Shown here piece by piece: positions 28,608-37,392 of a DNA stretch of 64,000 nt (position 1 is the first letter of the stretch; the number at the start of each line of letters is the position of its first letter). This stretch comes from Clostridiaceae bacterium UBA6085 (GTDB taxonomy: Bacteria; Bacillota; Clostridia; Clostridiales; Clostridiaceae). Location: the NCBI GenBank assembly GCA_002428605.1, contig DIXH01000025.1, positions 16,598 to 80,597 of the forward strand. The letters are read 5' to 3'. Both the position numbers and the translations under genes were made by a program. Under the pieces are notes generated by a model. That model was not told the DNA's origin. It did no database searches and worked only from the letters and a program-made list of their open reading frames with translations.

Positions 28608-29859
28608 TATAGCAATCATCGGGGCTGGTCCTGCTGGAATGGCGGCAGCCATCGAGGCGAAAAGATCTGGAGCCGGATCCGTTATTATAATCGACAGGGA
28701 CATTGAAACCGGCGGGATACTAAACCAGTGCATACACTCAGGCTTCGGGCTGCTAAGGTTCAATGAAGAGCTGACAGGACCTGAATATGCGGAAAGGTAC
28801 TCAAGATCCATGTGCGAAGCAGGTGTCACTGTCTTGCCTGATACCATGGTAATGAGCCTTCAGTGCAATGGACATGAAAAGATAGTACGGGCAATTAACC
28901 CTTCACATGGGATAATGGAAATACGTGCAAAGGCTGTCATACTGGCCATGGGCTGCCGCGAAAGGACAAGGGGAGCCATACAGATCCCGGGAGACAGGCC
29001 ATCAGGGGTGCTTACTGCCGGGGCTGCACAGAGGTACGTCAACATCGAAGGACACAAGGTAGGAAGGAAGGTTGTGGTTCTGGGTTCAGGGGACATCGGC
29101 CTGATCATGGCAAGGCGATTGACGCTGGAAGGGGCAAAGGTCCTGGCATGTGTGGAGATAATGCCGTATTCAAGCGGTTTGAACAGAAATATAGTGCAGT
29201 GCCTCGATGATTTTGGCATACCCCTCCTCCTGTCGCATGCTGTGACGAAGATCACAGGGAAAAGAAGGCTTGAGGGAGTTGTGATCGCTGAGGTGGGAAA
29301 GGACAGGATTCCTGTAGCCGGTACGGAAAGGTTTGTTGAGTGCGATACGCTGCTTCTTTCAGTTGGCCTCATACCTGAGAATGAAATAACAGCGGGAGCA
29401 GGGATCGAGATCGATCCTGGGACCAGGGGACCATACGTGGACGGCTCCATGGAAACCTCCATGGAAGGAGTTTTCGCATGCGGCAATGTGGTCCATGTCA
29501 ACGACCTTGTGGACTATGTCAGCATGGAAGGGGAAAAGGCAGGAAGAAGCGCAGCTGATTATGTAAGGGCAGGAGCTGAGGCAAAAGGAAGGAAGATAGG
29601 CGTACTTGCAGGAAATGGAGTGTCATATGTCGTACCCCAGCATTTATCTCCAGTTACCGGCCCTGGAACCACTGAGTTCTCCTTAAGGGCTGACCGGGTA
29701 TTCAAGAATGCATACCTGGTATTAAGGGATGAAACCGGAACTGTGATGAAAAGGGTAAGGAGACCGAGGATAACTCCGGGGGAAATGGAGAGGATCTCTA
29801 TAAAAAACGAGACCATGAGCAGTGATTCAGATATGACCATTTCAATCGAGGAGGTGTGA
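28597..29859 (+). CDS. NAD(P)/FAD-dependent oxidoreductase (partner of the GlpA-like subunit)
   Basis: GAGPAG, GGILNQCIH, GCRERTRG, GSGDIGLIMARR and GNVVHV. Confidence 0.85.
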   Translation: MDHDIAIIGAGPAGMAAAIEAKRSGAGSVIIIDRDIETGGILNQCIHSGFGLLRFNEELTGPEYAERYSRSMCEAGVTVLPDTMVMSLQCNGHEKIVRAINPSHGIMEIRAKAVILAMGCRERTRGAIQIPGDRPSGVLTAGAAQRYVNIEGHKVGRKVVVLGSGDIGLIMARRLTLEGAKVLACVEIMPYSSGLNRNIVQCLDDFGIPLLLSHAVTKITGKRRLEGVVIAEVGKDRIPVAGTERFVECDTLLLSVGLIPENEITAGAGIEIDPGTRGPYVDGSMETSMEGVFACGNVVHVNDLVDYVSMEGEKAGRSAADYVRAGAEAKGRKIGVLAGNGVSYVVPQHLSPVTGPGTTEFSLRADRVFKNAYLVLRDETGTVMKRVRRPRITPGEMERISIKNETMSSDSDMTISIEEV

Positions 29860-29862
29860 GGA

Positions 29863-30222
29863 TTGGCAGAGCTTATATGCATTGTATGCCCGAGAGGCTG
29901 TCTTCTTAAGGTTGAGACGAACACAGATGGATATTTTGTCACGGGGAATTCCTGTCCCAGAGGAGTACCATATGCAGTAAGGGAAATGACTGATCCAAGG
30001 CGAATGGTTTCTTCGAGCGCAAGGATCGAAGGGGCTGTCCACAGGAGGCTTCCTGTAAAGACGAGCAAAAGTGTCCCTAAAGGACTCGTGCTCAGTATAT
30101 GCGAAGAGATAGGAAGTCTTGTGGTTAAGGCGCCTGTTGGTTTAGGTGATGTCATCATAAGGGATGTTCTTGGGACCGGGGCGGATGTTATCGCTTCAAG
30201 GACAATGGAAAGAGTTCCATAG
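29863..30222 (+). CDS. DUF1667 CxxC protein
   Basis: CIVCPRGC, GNSCPRG and LPVKT; third gene of the module. Confidence 0.85.
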   Translation: MAELICIVCPRGCLLKVETNTDGYFVTGNSCPRGVPYAVREMTDPRRMVSSSARIEGAVHRRLPVKTSKSVPKGLVLSICEEIGSLVVKAPVGLGDVIIRDVLGTGADVIASRTMERVP

Positions 30223-30275
30223 TCCTATGACGTGCTGTAGAATTGTATCATAAGGAAGAAACTGGAGGTTTTGAC

Positions 30276-31091
30276 ATGGATGACCTGGACCTTGGGAAGA
30301 TATCAGGACACATCAACACATCATGGCTGGGAAGGACTGCAGTTATGGTAGAATCCGTTGATTCCACCAACAGCTGGCTCAAGGAGCGTGCGGAGGAAGG
30401 AAGCGCAAAGGACGGTACTGTAGTAATTGCAAGGATGCAGACAGGAGGAAGGGGAAGGCTTGGAAGAAGCTTCCATTCACCTGAAGGCGGACTATACATG
30501 TCCTTTTTCATCAGGAAGCCTGACACGAAGATGGACACCTCCCTTGCTACCATAGCAGCTGCCGTCTCAGCGAGAGATGCGATACATGAGCTATGCGGCA
30601 TAAGACCCAGGCTCAAATGGGTGAATGATGTATACATGGGTGACAGGAAGGTTGGAGGGATACTTGTTGAAGGAAAGTTTGACCCGGTAGGGAAAACGAT
30701 GGACCATCTTGTCATAGGTATAGGAATCAACGTTGCAACAGGAGAATTTCCCGATGAACTGAAGGAAATTGCGTCTTCTATCGTCAATGAGACAGGAATC
30801 CAAATAAGCAGAAGCCTCCTATGTGCCAGGATCGCAGACAACCTTGAAAAGATGCTCAGGGAGACCATCGAGGATCCTGAAGGGTTAGTTGAAGACTACA
30901 AAGGGTCCCTGATGTATATCGGCCATGAGATCACGGTAACCACCGGAGGCAGGGTGAGACCCGCAAGGCTTGTCGGAGTGGACAGGAAGGGTGGACTTAT
31001 GGTCAGGTACCTGGATTCCGAGGATGAAGGGACATCTGTAATCAGCTCAGGAGAGGTTACCATAAGGGGTGGAGCTGGAAATGGTGCATGA
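30276..31091 (+). CDS. birA: biotin-[acetyl-CoA-carboxylase] ligase lacking the N-terminal HTH
   Basis: DSTN, QTGGRGRLGRSF, KWVND, KVGGILVE and GIGIN. Confidence 0.93.
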   Translation: MDDLDLGKISGHINTSWLGRTAVMVESVDSTNSWLKERAEEGSAKDGTVVIARMQTGGRGRLGRSFHSPEGGLYMSFFIRKPDTKMDTSLATIAAAVSARDAIHELCGIRPRLKWVNDVYMGDRKVGGILVEGKFDPVGKTMDHLVIGIGINVATGEFPDELKEIASSIVNETGIQISRSLLCARIADNLEKMLRETIEDPEGLVEDYKGSLMYIGHEITVTTGGRVRPARLVGVDRKGGLMVRYLDSEDEGTSVISSGEVTIRGGAGNGA

Positions 31092-32547
31092 TGTGGCAAT
31101 AATAGGCGGCGGTATCATCGGGACGAGCCTTGCAAGGGAGCTTACAAGGTACAGGCTCAAAATCGCCATTTTCGAGAAGCATCCCGATGTCTCCATGGGT
31201 GCTACAAAGGCCAACAGCGCCATAGTGCACGGTGGATATGCAGAGGGAAGTGATACCCTAAAGGGAAGGCTTTGCATTGAGGGCAGGAGGAGATTCAGGG
31301 AGCTTGAAGATGAGCTTCATTTCGGTTTTACTGAAACAGGGTCCCTGCTTGTAAGCTTGGAAGATGATAAGGAGCCTCTGGAAAGGCTCCTCAGGAGCGG
31401 AATAGAGAATGGCCTCACTGACCTTTCCATAATAGGCAGGGAAGAAATAAGGGAAATGGAACCCAATATATCGGAAGAGGCAAGGAATGCCCTGTTCTGC
31501 AAGGGTGCAGGGATATGTTCACCCTATGGGATGGCAATAGCCATGGCTGAAAATGCGGTTGAAAACGGAGCTGACCTTTTCCTGTCAACTGAAGTTACTG
31601 GAATTGAAAGGGAGAACGGGATATTTAACCTATCTACCAATAAGGGGGATTTTCAAGCCGCGTTCGTTGTCAATTGCGCCGGTGTTATGTCAGACAGGGT
31701 TGCAAGGATGGCAGGTGCGGATGGATTTGAAATACTGCCAAGAAGCGGAGAGTACCTCCTGTTTGCCCGGGGTACTGGTAAGCTGCTTGAGCATGTCGTG
31801 TTCCAGCTTCCGACTGTAATGGGGAAGGGCGTGCTGGTCACTCCGACTATCCATGGTAATCTCCTCATAGGTCCCGATGCATCGGACGTAGAGGACAGGG
31901 AGGACACATCCACCCACCAGGAAAGGCTTAAGAATGTGTACAACCAGGCAAAGAAGCTGTATCCTGATATTAAAGGTGAGAGCTTCCTAAGGAGCTTTAC
32001 GGGCATCAGGGCAAGGAGTTCGACAGGTGACTTCGTGATCGGACCGTCGAATATCAAGGGCTTCATCAATGCAGCCGGAATACAGTCTCCGGGTCTTACA
32101 GCATCACCAGCAATTGCACATCTTCTTGTAAGGATACTGGAGGAGGAAGGCTTGAGACTTGAGCCTGAGGCTTCCTTCAATCCATTCAGGAAGCCTGTGG
32201 AGGCATCACCGAAGGATCTGCCCTACAGGGAGGTCGACAGACTTTCGAGGCTTCCAGTCGGAAAGAGGGAGAGGATAGTATGCAGATGCGAGCAGGTGAC
32301 CGAAGGGGAGATAGCTGATTCTATGGACAGAGGGATAGAGGTTACCACGGTAGACGGAATAAAGAGAAGGACCAGGGCGGCAATGGGCTGGTGCCAGGGT
32401 ACGTTCTGCAGGGAGAGAATCGCAGCTGCAATGGAAGATCTGACAGGAATATTGCCGGACGGGAGCTACGACATCGAGCGCAGCGGAGTGTCGAGGATCG
32501 AGAAGAATGACTTCCTCGATTTCCTGAAAGCGCGCAAGGAGGAATAA
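31069..32547 (+). CDS. second GlpA-like FAD-dependent oxidoreductase with a BFD-like [2Fe-2S] domain
   Basis: GGGIIG, TKANSAIVHGG, GIQSPGLTASPA, CRCE and GWCQGTFC. Confidence 0.85.
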   Translation: MELEMVHDVAIIGGGIIGTSLARELTRYRLKIAIFEKHPDVSMGATKANSAIVHGGYAEGSDTLKGRLCIEGRRRFRELEDELHFGFTETGSLLVSLEDDKEPLERLLRSGIENGLTDLSIIGREEIREMEPNISEEARNALFCKGAGICSPYGMAIAMAENAVENGADLFLSTEVTGIERENGIFNLSTNKGDFQAAFVVNCAGVMSDRVARMAGADGFEILPRSGEYLLFARGTGKLLEHVVFQLPTVMGKGVLVTPTIHGNLLIGPDASDVEDREDTSTHQERLKNVYNQAKKLYPDIKGESFLRSFTGIRARSSTGDFVIGPSNIKGFINAAGIQSPGLTASPAIAHLLVRILEEEGLRLEPEASFNPFRKPVEASPKDLPYREVDRLSRLPVGKRERIVCRCEQVTEGEIADSMDRGIEVTTVDGIKRRTRAAMGWCQGTFCRERIAAAMEDLTGILPDGSYDIERSGVSRIEKNDFLDFLKARKEE

Positions 32548-33081
32548 ATGAGCGACATAATTGACTTCAACGAGCTGAAGAACAAGGTGCGGGAAAAGGA
32601 CATTGACGATTTCGAGAATTACATAATGTCACTTTATGGACAGATGGGTACTGGGAGCATGAACTTCGCCCAGATAAACAAGGCGATACAGGAATACATG
32701 AAGGAACATGGGATCTCACAGGAGAAGTTCATGGACCTCCAGATGAAGCTTATGGAAAGATACGGGGTAACGCCTGAGGACGTCGAGAAGCAGTACAACA
32801 TACCAGGCGGAAACTATGAAAGGTACAGGAAATCCCTTGGATTCACTGAAAAATACAAGGACAGGATAAAAAGCTACGCAGGCTTCAATTATGAGATAAA
32901 GAACGACAGGAATGACCTGACTATATTCCTGAATGACAATATCGTCCTGATTTCTTCAAGGAAGAAGGTCGACCTTTCAGACAATGAGCTGAACGAGTTC
33001 CTTGTATCATACAAGAAGCTTTCAAAGGATGAGAAGCTGATGGTCAGGATCAGCGAAAATGTAATTGAGTATGAATATTGA
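32548..33081 (+). CDS. DUF3867-like clostridial protein
   Basis: IIDFNELKNK N-terminus; LNEFLVSYKK. Confidence 0.65.
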   Translation: MSDIIDFNELKNKVREKDIDDFENYIMSLYGQMGTGSMNFAQINKAIQEYMKEHGISQEKFMDLQMKLMERYGVTPEDVEKQYNIPGGNYERYRKSLGFTEKYKDRIKSYAGFNYEIKNDRNDLTIFLNDNIVLISSRKKVDLSDNELNEFLVSYKKLSKDEKLMVRISENVIEYEY

Positions 33082-33097
33082 GAGGAAGGTGGACCGG

Positions 33098-33886
33098 ATG
33101 AGGATAGGCATAGTAGGCACAGGAAACATGGGATATGCCATTGGCAAGGGACTTCAGCAGGCAGGCTATGGGATAACGGTATACAACAGGAGCGACAGGA
33201 ACGTATCTGAACTGAAGTCGGGAGGAGCCCATGTCGCTCCAAGTGTGCGCGAGCTTGCAAAGGATAGCGACGTAGTCATAATCGCGGTGAAGCCAAAGGA
33301 CATCCTGGGAGTGATCAAGGAAAACTGCGATTATCTTGAAGGGAAGACAGTCGTATCGATTGCTGCAGGTGTTTCACTCCAGAGCCTGCGAGTCGCATCG
33401 GAGAACAAGGCGACAATGGCGCGGGTAATGCCGAATACTCCTGCACTGATATCAAAAGGGGTTTACGGCGTTGTCTCCGACGGACTGGACCTGGAACTAA
33501 GGGAGTCCATAGTGAAGCTCTTTTCATCAATCGGTGAGGCTTACCTCATAACGGAAGAAGACATCCATGGATTCATATCTATAGCCGGATCATCACCCGC
33601 ATATGTATTCATGTTCATGGAAGCACTTGCAGATGCAGGAGTCAGGATGGGGATCAAGAGAGCTGATGCATATGATATAGTGGCAGATACACTTATCGGG
33701 TCAGCCATGCTGTACAAGAAGACAAGGGAGCACCCGGGAGCGCTCAAGGACATGGTCACATCGCCCAAAGGGACGACCATAGAAGCTGTAAGGGTACTTG
33801 AGGAAAAGGGCTTCAGGACCGCTGTGATTGAAGGTGCTCTGGCTGCAGGGCTCAAGTCAAGGGAAATGGAAGCCAGGGATAAATAG
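33098..33886 (+). CDS. proC: pyrroline-5-carboxylate reductase
   Basis: GTGNMG, AVKP, RVMPNTP, GSSPAY and VTSPKGTTI. Confidence 0.96.
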   Translation: MRIGIVGTGNMGYAIGKGLQQAGYGITVYNRSDRNVSELKSGGAHVAPSVRELAKDSDVVIIAVKPKDILGVIKENCDYLEGKTVVSIAAGVSLQSLRVASENKATMARVMPNTPALISKGVYGVVSDGLDLELRESIVKLFSSIGEAYLITEEDIHGFISIAGSSPAYVFMFMEALADAGVRMGIKRADAYDIVADTLIGSAMLYKKTREHPGALKDMVTSPKGTTIEAVRVLEEKGFRTAVIEGALAAGLKSREMEARDK

Positions 33887-33908
33887 ACAGTAATTGAAGC
33901 TAAATTAA

Positions 33909-33937
33909 AGCACCCCGGAAAAAATTCCGGGGTGCTC
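33909..33937. terminator. bidirectional terminator between proC and glmS
   Basis: AGCACCCCGGAA-AAAA-TTCCGGGGTGCT. Confidence 0.8.
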
Positions 33938-33940
33938 ATT

Positions 33941-35767
33941 CTATTCCACTGTAACTGATTTTGCAAGGTTCCTCGGCTTGTCTACGTCCAGGCCCTTGAA
34001 TGAGCAGACGTAGTAGGAGAGGAGCTGCATAGGTACGACTGCAAGTACTGGTGCAAGCAGGTCTAGCGTTTCAGGTATGTGTACCGCTGTATCGACGAAG
34101 CTGTCTACAGTCTTATTGCTCTCATATGTTACAACCATGACCTTCGCGCCTCTGGAGGTTACCTCCTTGAGGTTTGAATGCATCTTGTCAAGCAGGCTTC
34201 TCTGTGTAAGCGATGCAAGCACCGAGGTATTCTTCTCGATGAGGGCTATGGGGCCGTGCTTAAGCTCTCCACCAGGGTAGGCATCCGCATGGATGTATGT
34301 GAGCTCCTTGAGCTTGAGGGCCGCTTCAATTGCGACCGCATAGTCCAGGCCTCTTCCGATGAAGAACACATCCTTTTCGCCATGGATCTTCAAGGCGAAC
34401 TTCTGTATGCTTTCCTTCTCTTCGATTACCTTTGAAACCTTGTCTGGAAGAAGAAGCATCTCCTTCTTGATGACATCAGTCTCCTCATCGGTCATTGTGC
34501 CAAGCAGCTCGGCAAAATGCAGGGCTATTGTATACACTGCTATAAGCATGGTGAGATATGCCTTAGTCGATGCAACTCCGATTTCAGGTCCTGCCCAGGT
34601 GTAGAACACATCTGTAGCTTCCCTTGCAACCGAGCTTCCGACCACGTTGGTGATCGCTATTACCCTTGCTCCCTTTTTCTTTGAGTCACGTAGTACCGCC
34701 AAAGTGTCAGCAGTCTCTCCGGACTGGCTTATGACAATGAGCAGTGTCCTTGAGTCTATTATCGGGTCCCTGTATCTGAATTCTGATGCGACATCAACCT
34801 CTACAGGTATCTTTGACAGTGATTCTATTGCTGTCTTGCCGACAACTCCGGCATTGTAAGCCGTTCCGCAGGCAACTATGTAGATCCTTGAGTAGCTTTC
34901 AAGCATTTCCTTGGTTATAGTTATGTCGTCCAGCTTGACCTTCTGACCTGCCACTATCCTCGATGTCATGGTATCCCTGAGGGCCTTCGGCTGCTCATGG
35001 ATCTCCTTTATCGTGAAGTGATCATATCCGCCCTTTTCGGCAGAGTCCGCATTCCAGGTTATCGTGGTGGCTGACTTCTCAACAGGCTCCAGGTTGGCGT
35101 TGTAGTATTTGATGCCGGATCCCGTAATTTCCGCGAATTCCATGTCATCAAGATATACGACTTCCCTCGTGTAATTGAGTATGGCAGGAACGTCCGAGGC
35201 GATGAAGCTCTCGTTCTCTCCAATTCCGATTATGAGAGGACTGTCCTTCCTTACAGCTATTATCTTGTCAGGATCGTCAAGGGATATGACTCCAAGCGCG
35301 TAGCTTCCCTTGAGCCTCTGTGTCGCATTGATGACTGCCTCAAGCAGGCATCCGTTGAAATAGTGGTCTACTAGGTTAGGTATGACCTCGGTATCTGTCT
35401 CCGACAGGAAAGTATAACCCTTGTCAGCAAGCCAGCTTTTGATCTCCATGTAATTTTCGATTATGCCGTTGTGCACAACAGAAATCCTGTCGTTGTTGCT
35501 GCAATGAGGGTGAGAGTTCACGTCCGAAGGTTCACCGTGGGTGGCCCACCTGGTGTGGCCTATTCCAAGATGACCGTGGGCTGGCTCCGTCTCCAGCTTT
35601 TCCGCAAGATTCTTAAGCCTTCCCTTTGTCTTCACGATGGTGATCCTACCATCTTCAGGCACAGCGATGCCTGCCGAATCATAGCCCCTGTATTCGAGCT
35701 TTGAAAGACCGTGCACAAGGACGTCCGTAGCATCCTTGCCTCCTAAATAACCGACAATTCCACACAT
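33941..35767 (-). CDS. glmS: glutamine-fructose-6-phosphate transaminase
   Basis: MCGIVG, LEYRGYDSAG, HTRWATHG and PRNLAKSVTVE. Confidence 0.99.
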   Translation of the reverse strand: MCGIVGYLGGKDATDVLVHGLSKLEYRGYDSAGIAVPEDGRITIVKTKGRLKNLAEKLETEPAHGHLGIGHTRWATHGEPSDVNSHPHCSNNDRISVVHNGIIENYMEIKSWLADKGYTFLSETDTEVIPNLVDHYFNGCLLEAVINATQRLKGSYALGVISLDDPDKIIAVRKDSPLIIGIGENESFIASDVPAILNYTREVVYLDDMEFAEITGSGIKYYNANLEPVEKSATTITWNADSAEKGGYDHFTIKEIHEQPKALRDTMTSRIVAGQKVKLDDITITKEMLESYSRIYIVACGTAYNAGVVGKTAIESLSKIPVEVDVASEFRYRDPIIDSRTLLIVISQSGETADTLAVLRDSKKKGARVIAITNVVGSSVAREATDVFYTWAGPEIGVASTKAYLTMLIAVYTIALHFAELLGTMTDEETDVIKKEMLLLPDKVSKVIEEKESIQKFALKIHGEKDVFFIGRGLDYAVAIEAALKLKELTYIHADAYPGGELKHGPIALIEKNTSVLASLTQRSLLDKMHSNLKEVTSRGAKVMVVTYESNKTVDSFVDTAVHIPETLDLLAPVLAVVPMQLLSYYVCSFKGLDVDKPRNLAKSVTVE

Positions 35768-35799
35768 GACAATACATCCTTTCTTATTTTATTAAGAAA

Positions 35800-35947
35800 G
35801 GTCTGGGCACCTGATCCCCTTTGTCCCCGAAGTTGCCTCCGGTATTTGAGGGAGCTTTTTCGGTAGTGCATACCGTGGAGCATCCGCCGAACTTTCGATT
35901 ACTCCATCCTCGTCAACCGGCTGAATCAGCCGGTTCTGGCGCTATTC
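35800..35947 (-). ncRNA. glmS ribozyme (GlcN6P-activated)
   Basis: The minus strand reads AGCGCCAGAACCGGCTGATTCAGCCGGTTGACGAGGATGGAGTAATCGAAAGTTCGGCGGATGCTCCACGG...ACAAAGGG. The AGCGCC cleavage site, P1 and GACGAGG core are present in the glmS leader. Confidence 0.95.
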
Positions 35948-36092
35948 CATCTGGAATTTCATATTGATATCCAAACCTTGCTCCCATTATTATATAGGCA
36001 TTCCTCATTTAGCGCAACTTCCGGTGATAGTTAGATGCCTCATTATGCACGCATTCGATTGGGGCACATGGTGAAAAAACATTGTGAAAAAT

Positions 36093-36127
36093 AAAACGGA
36101 AGGTCTCCGTTTATTGGAGACCTTCCG
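36093..36127 (-). terminator. intrinsic terminator after the acylphosphatase gene
   Basis: CGGAAGGTCTCC-GTTTATT-GGAGACCTTCCG with an A-run on the left. Confidence 0.75.
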
Positions 36128-36129
36128 GC

Positions 36130-36411
36130 TCAATAGGTGATATCGAAGGATTTTTCATTGGGCTTCACCGGTATCTCTTTCATCGAGTAGTTCTCGATCC
36201 TTGAATACCCGTTACCGCCCTTTACTGTGTCGAGAAAGACTGAGATATGGTCATCAGGTCCCTGTACTTCCACCTCCACATTACCGTTATCCATGTTCCT
36301 GACATGACCTGTCAGCTTCATGATGTAAGCGGCCCTGTAGACGAAATACCTGAAGCCAACCCCTTGGACCCTTCCCTGGTAGATGATGAAGAGTCTCTTC
36401 AATTCAATCAC
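36130..36411 (-). CDS. acyP: acylphosphatase
   Basis: GRVQGVGFR and GHVRNMDNGNVEV. Confidence 0.93.
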   Translation of the reverse strand: MIELKRLFIIYQGRVQGVGFRYFVYRAAYIMKLTGHVRNMDNGNVEVEVQGPDDHISVFLDTVKGGNGYSRIENYSMKEIPVKPNEKSFDITY

Positions 36412-36419
36412 ATCCTTGG

Positions 36420-37298
36420 TCAGTTTCCTGATACGTGTTCCGTTTCTGCTATCTGCTCCTTGGTTTCAAGATGGCTTTTCCTGGCTTTTTCCGGAATCTG
36501 GAACAGTTTGGCTCCCCCGGACTTTCCTTTTATAAGCTTCTGGAGACGTTTCTTCTCCTTTGCCTTGAACACGTTGAGAGTATACACGTAGTCCAGATAG
36601 ATCGCGCCTACTGTCTTGGCTCCTGCGAGCCTGTCGTTTTCAAGGTTCATCAGCCTCAGATGCCTTGTCAGCTTCTTTATGGGCTCATTGTACAGGTTGT
36701 AGATATCCTTGCTCATCTTCATCGCATCGAGGTAAGTCAGCTGGATGTCCTTGTCCAGCTTTATGTTGATGTAGGTGTGCATAAATGCCTGGTTATATGT
36801 GACAACCGGCATAGTATCGGCAAACTTTATGAACTTAGCGAATGCTTCCCCGATCGACAGGCTGTATTTCTCAAAAAGAGGGTCTCTTGACTCTATTGGG
36901 ACAAAGAGGGAATCAACCATCCTGGTTCCCTTGTACCTTACTGCCTGCAGGCTTGACACTGTCGCTCCATAAGGGTCTTCGCTGTTCCTTCCGAGATACA
37001 GCGCTATGAAGTCCTTGTGCAGAGGAACTGAGTCAACTTCCTTCAGTATCTTTCCTCTGTGGTTGAACAGGGCCTTTTCCATGATCACGTTCCTGTAGTT
37101 CATCCTTGACGGGTTGTATATCATGTCCTTCACAATGTAGAATGCCGCTATGGTAAGTCCCATGAGAAGAAATACTATCGAGTAGCCCAGTTCCGGCTTC
37201 TTGCCGCTCTTATAATACTCGTTAGTGAATACTGCGATCAGGATGAGGAACAGGTATATGAAGATATATTTCATGTTAAGCACTTTCCTAATCTTCAT
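36420..37298 (-). CDS. membrane-anchored protein with a degenerate DnaQ/DEDDh exonuclease-like domain
   Basis: Two N-terminal TM helices followed by a domain collinear with DnaQ-like exonucleases, with the catalytic residues substituted. Confidence 0.65.
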   Translation of the reverse strand: MKIRKVLNMKYIFIYLFLILIAVFTNEYYKSGKKPELGYSIVFLLMGLTIAAFYIVKDMIYNPSRMNYRNVIMEKALFNHRGKILKEVDSVPLHKDFIALYLGRNSEDPYGATVSSLQAVRYKGTRMVDSLFVPIESRDPLFEKYSLSIGEAFAKFIKFADTMPVVTYNQAFMHTYINIKLDKDIQLTYLDAMKMSKDIYNLYNEPIKKLTRHLRLMNLENDRLAGAKTVGAIYLDYVYTLNVFKAKEKKRLQKLIKGKSGGAKLFQIPEKARKSHLETKEQIAETEHVSGN

Positions 37299-37392
37299 TG
37301 CTTTCCCCCTTTTCACTCATTAATAGTGTAATCTATTACATTATAATGCAAAACTCGTAAAAATTAAAGACACGGTGTTTTCACTTAGATTG

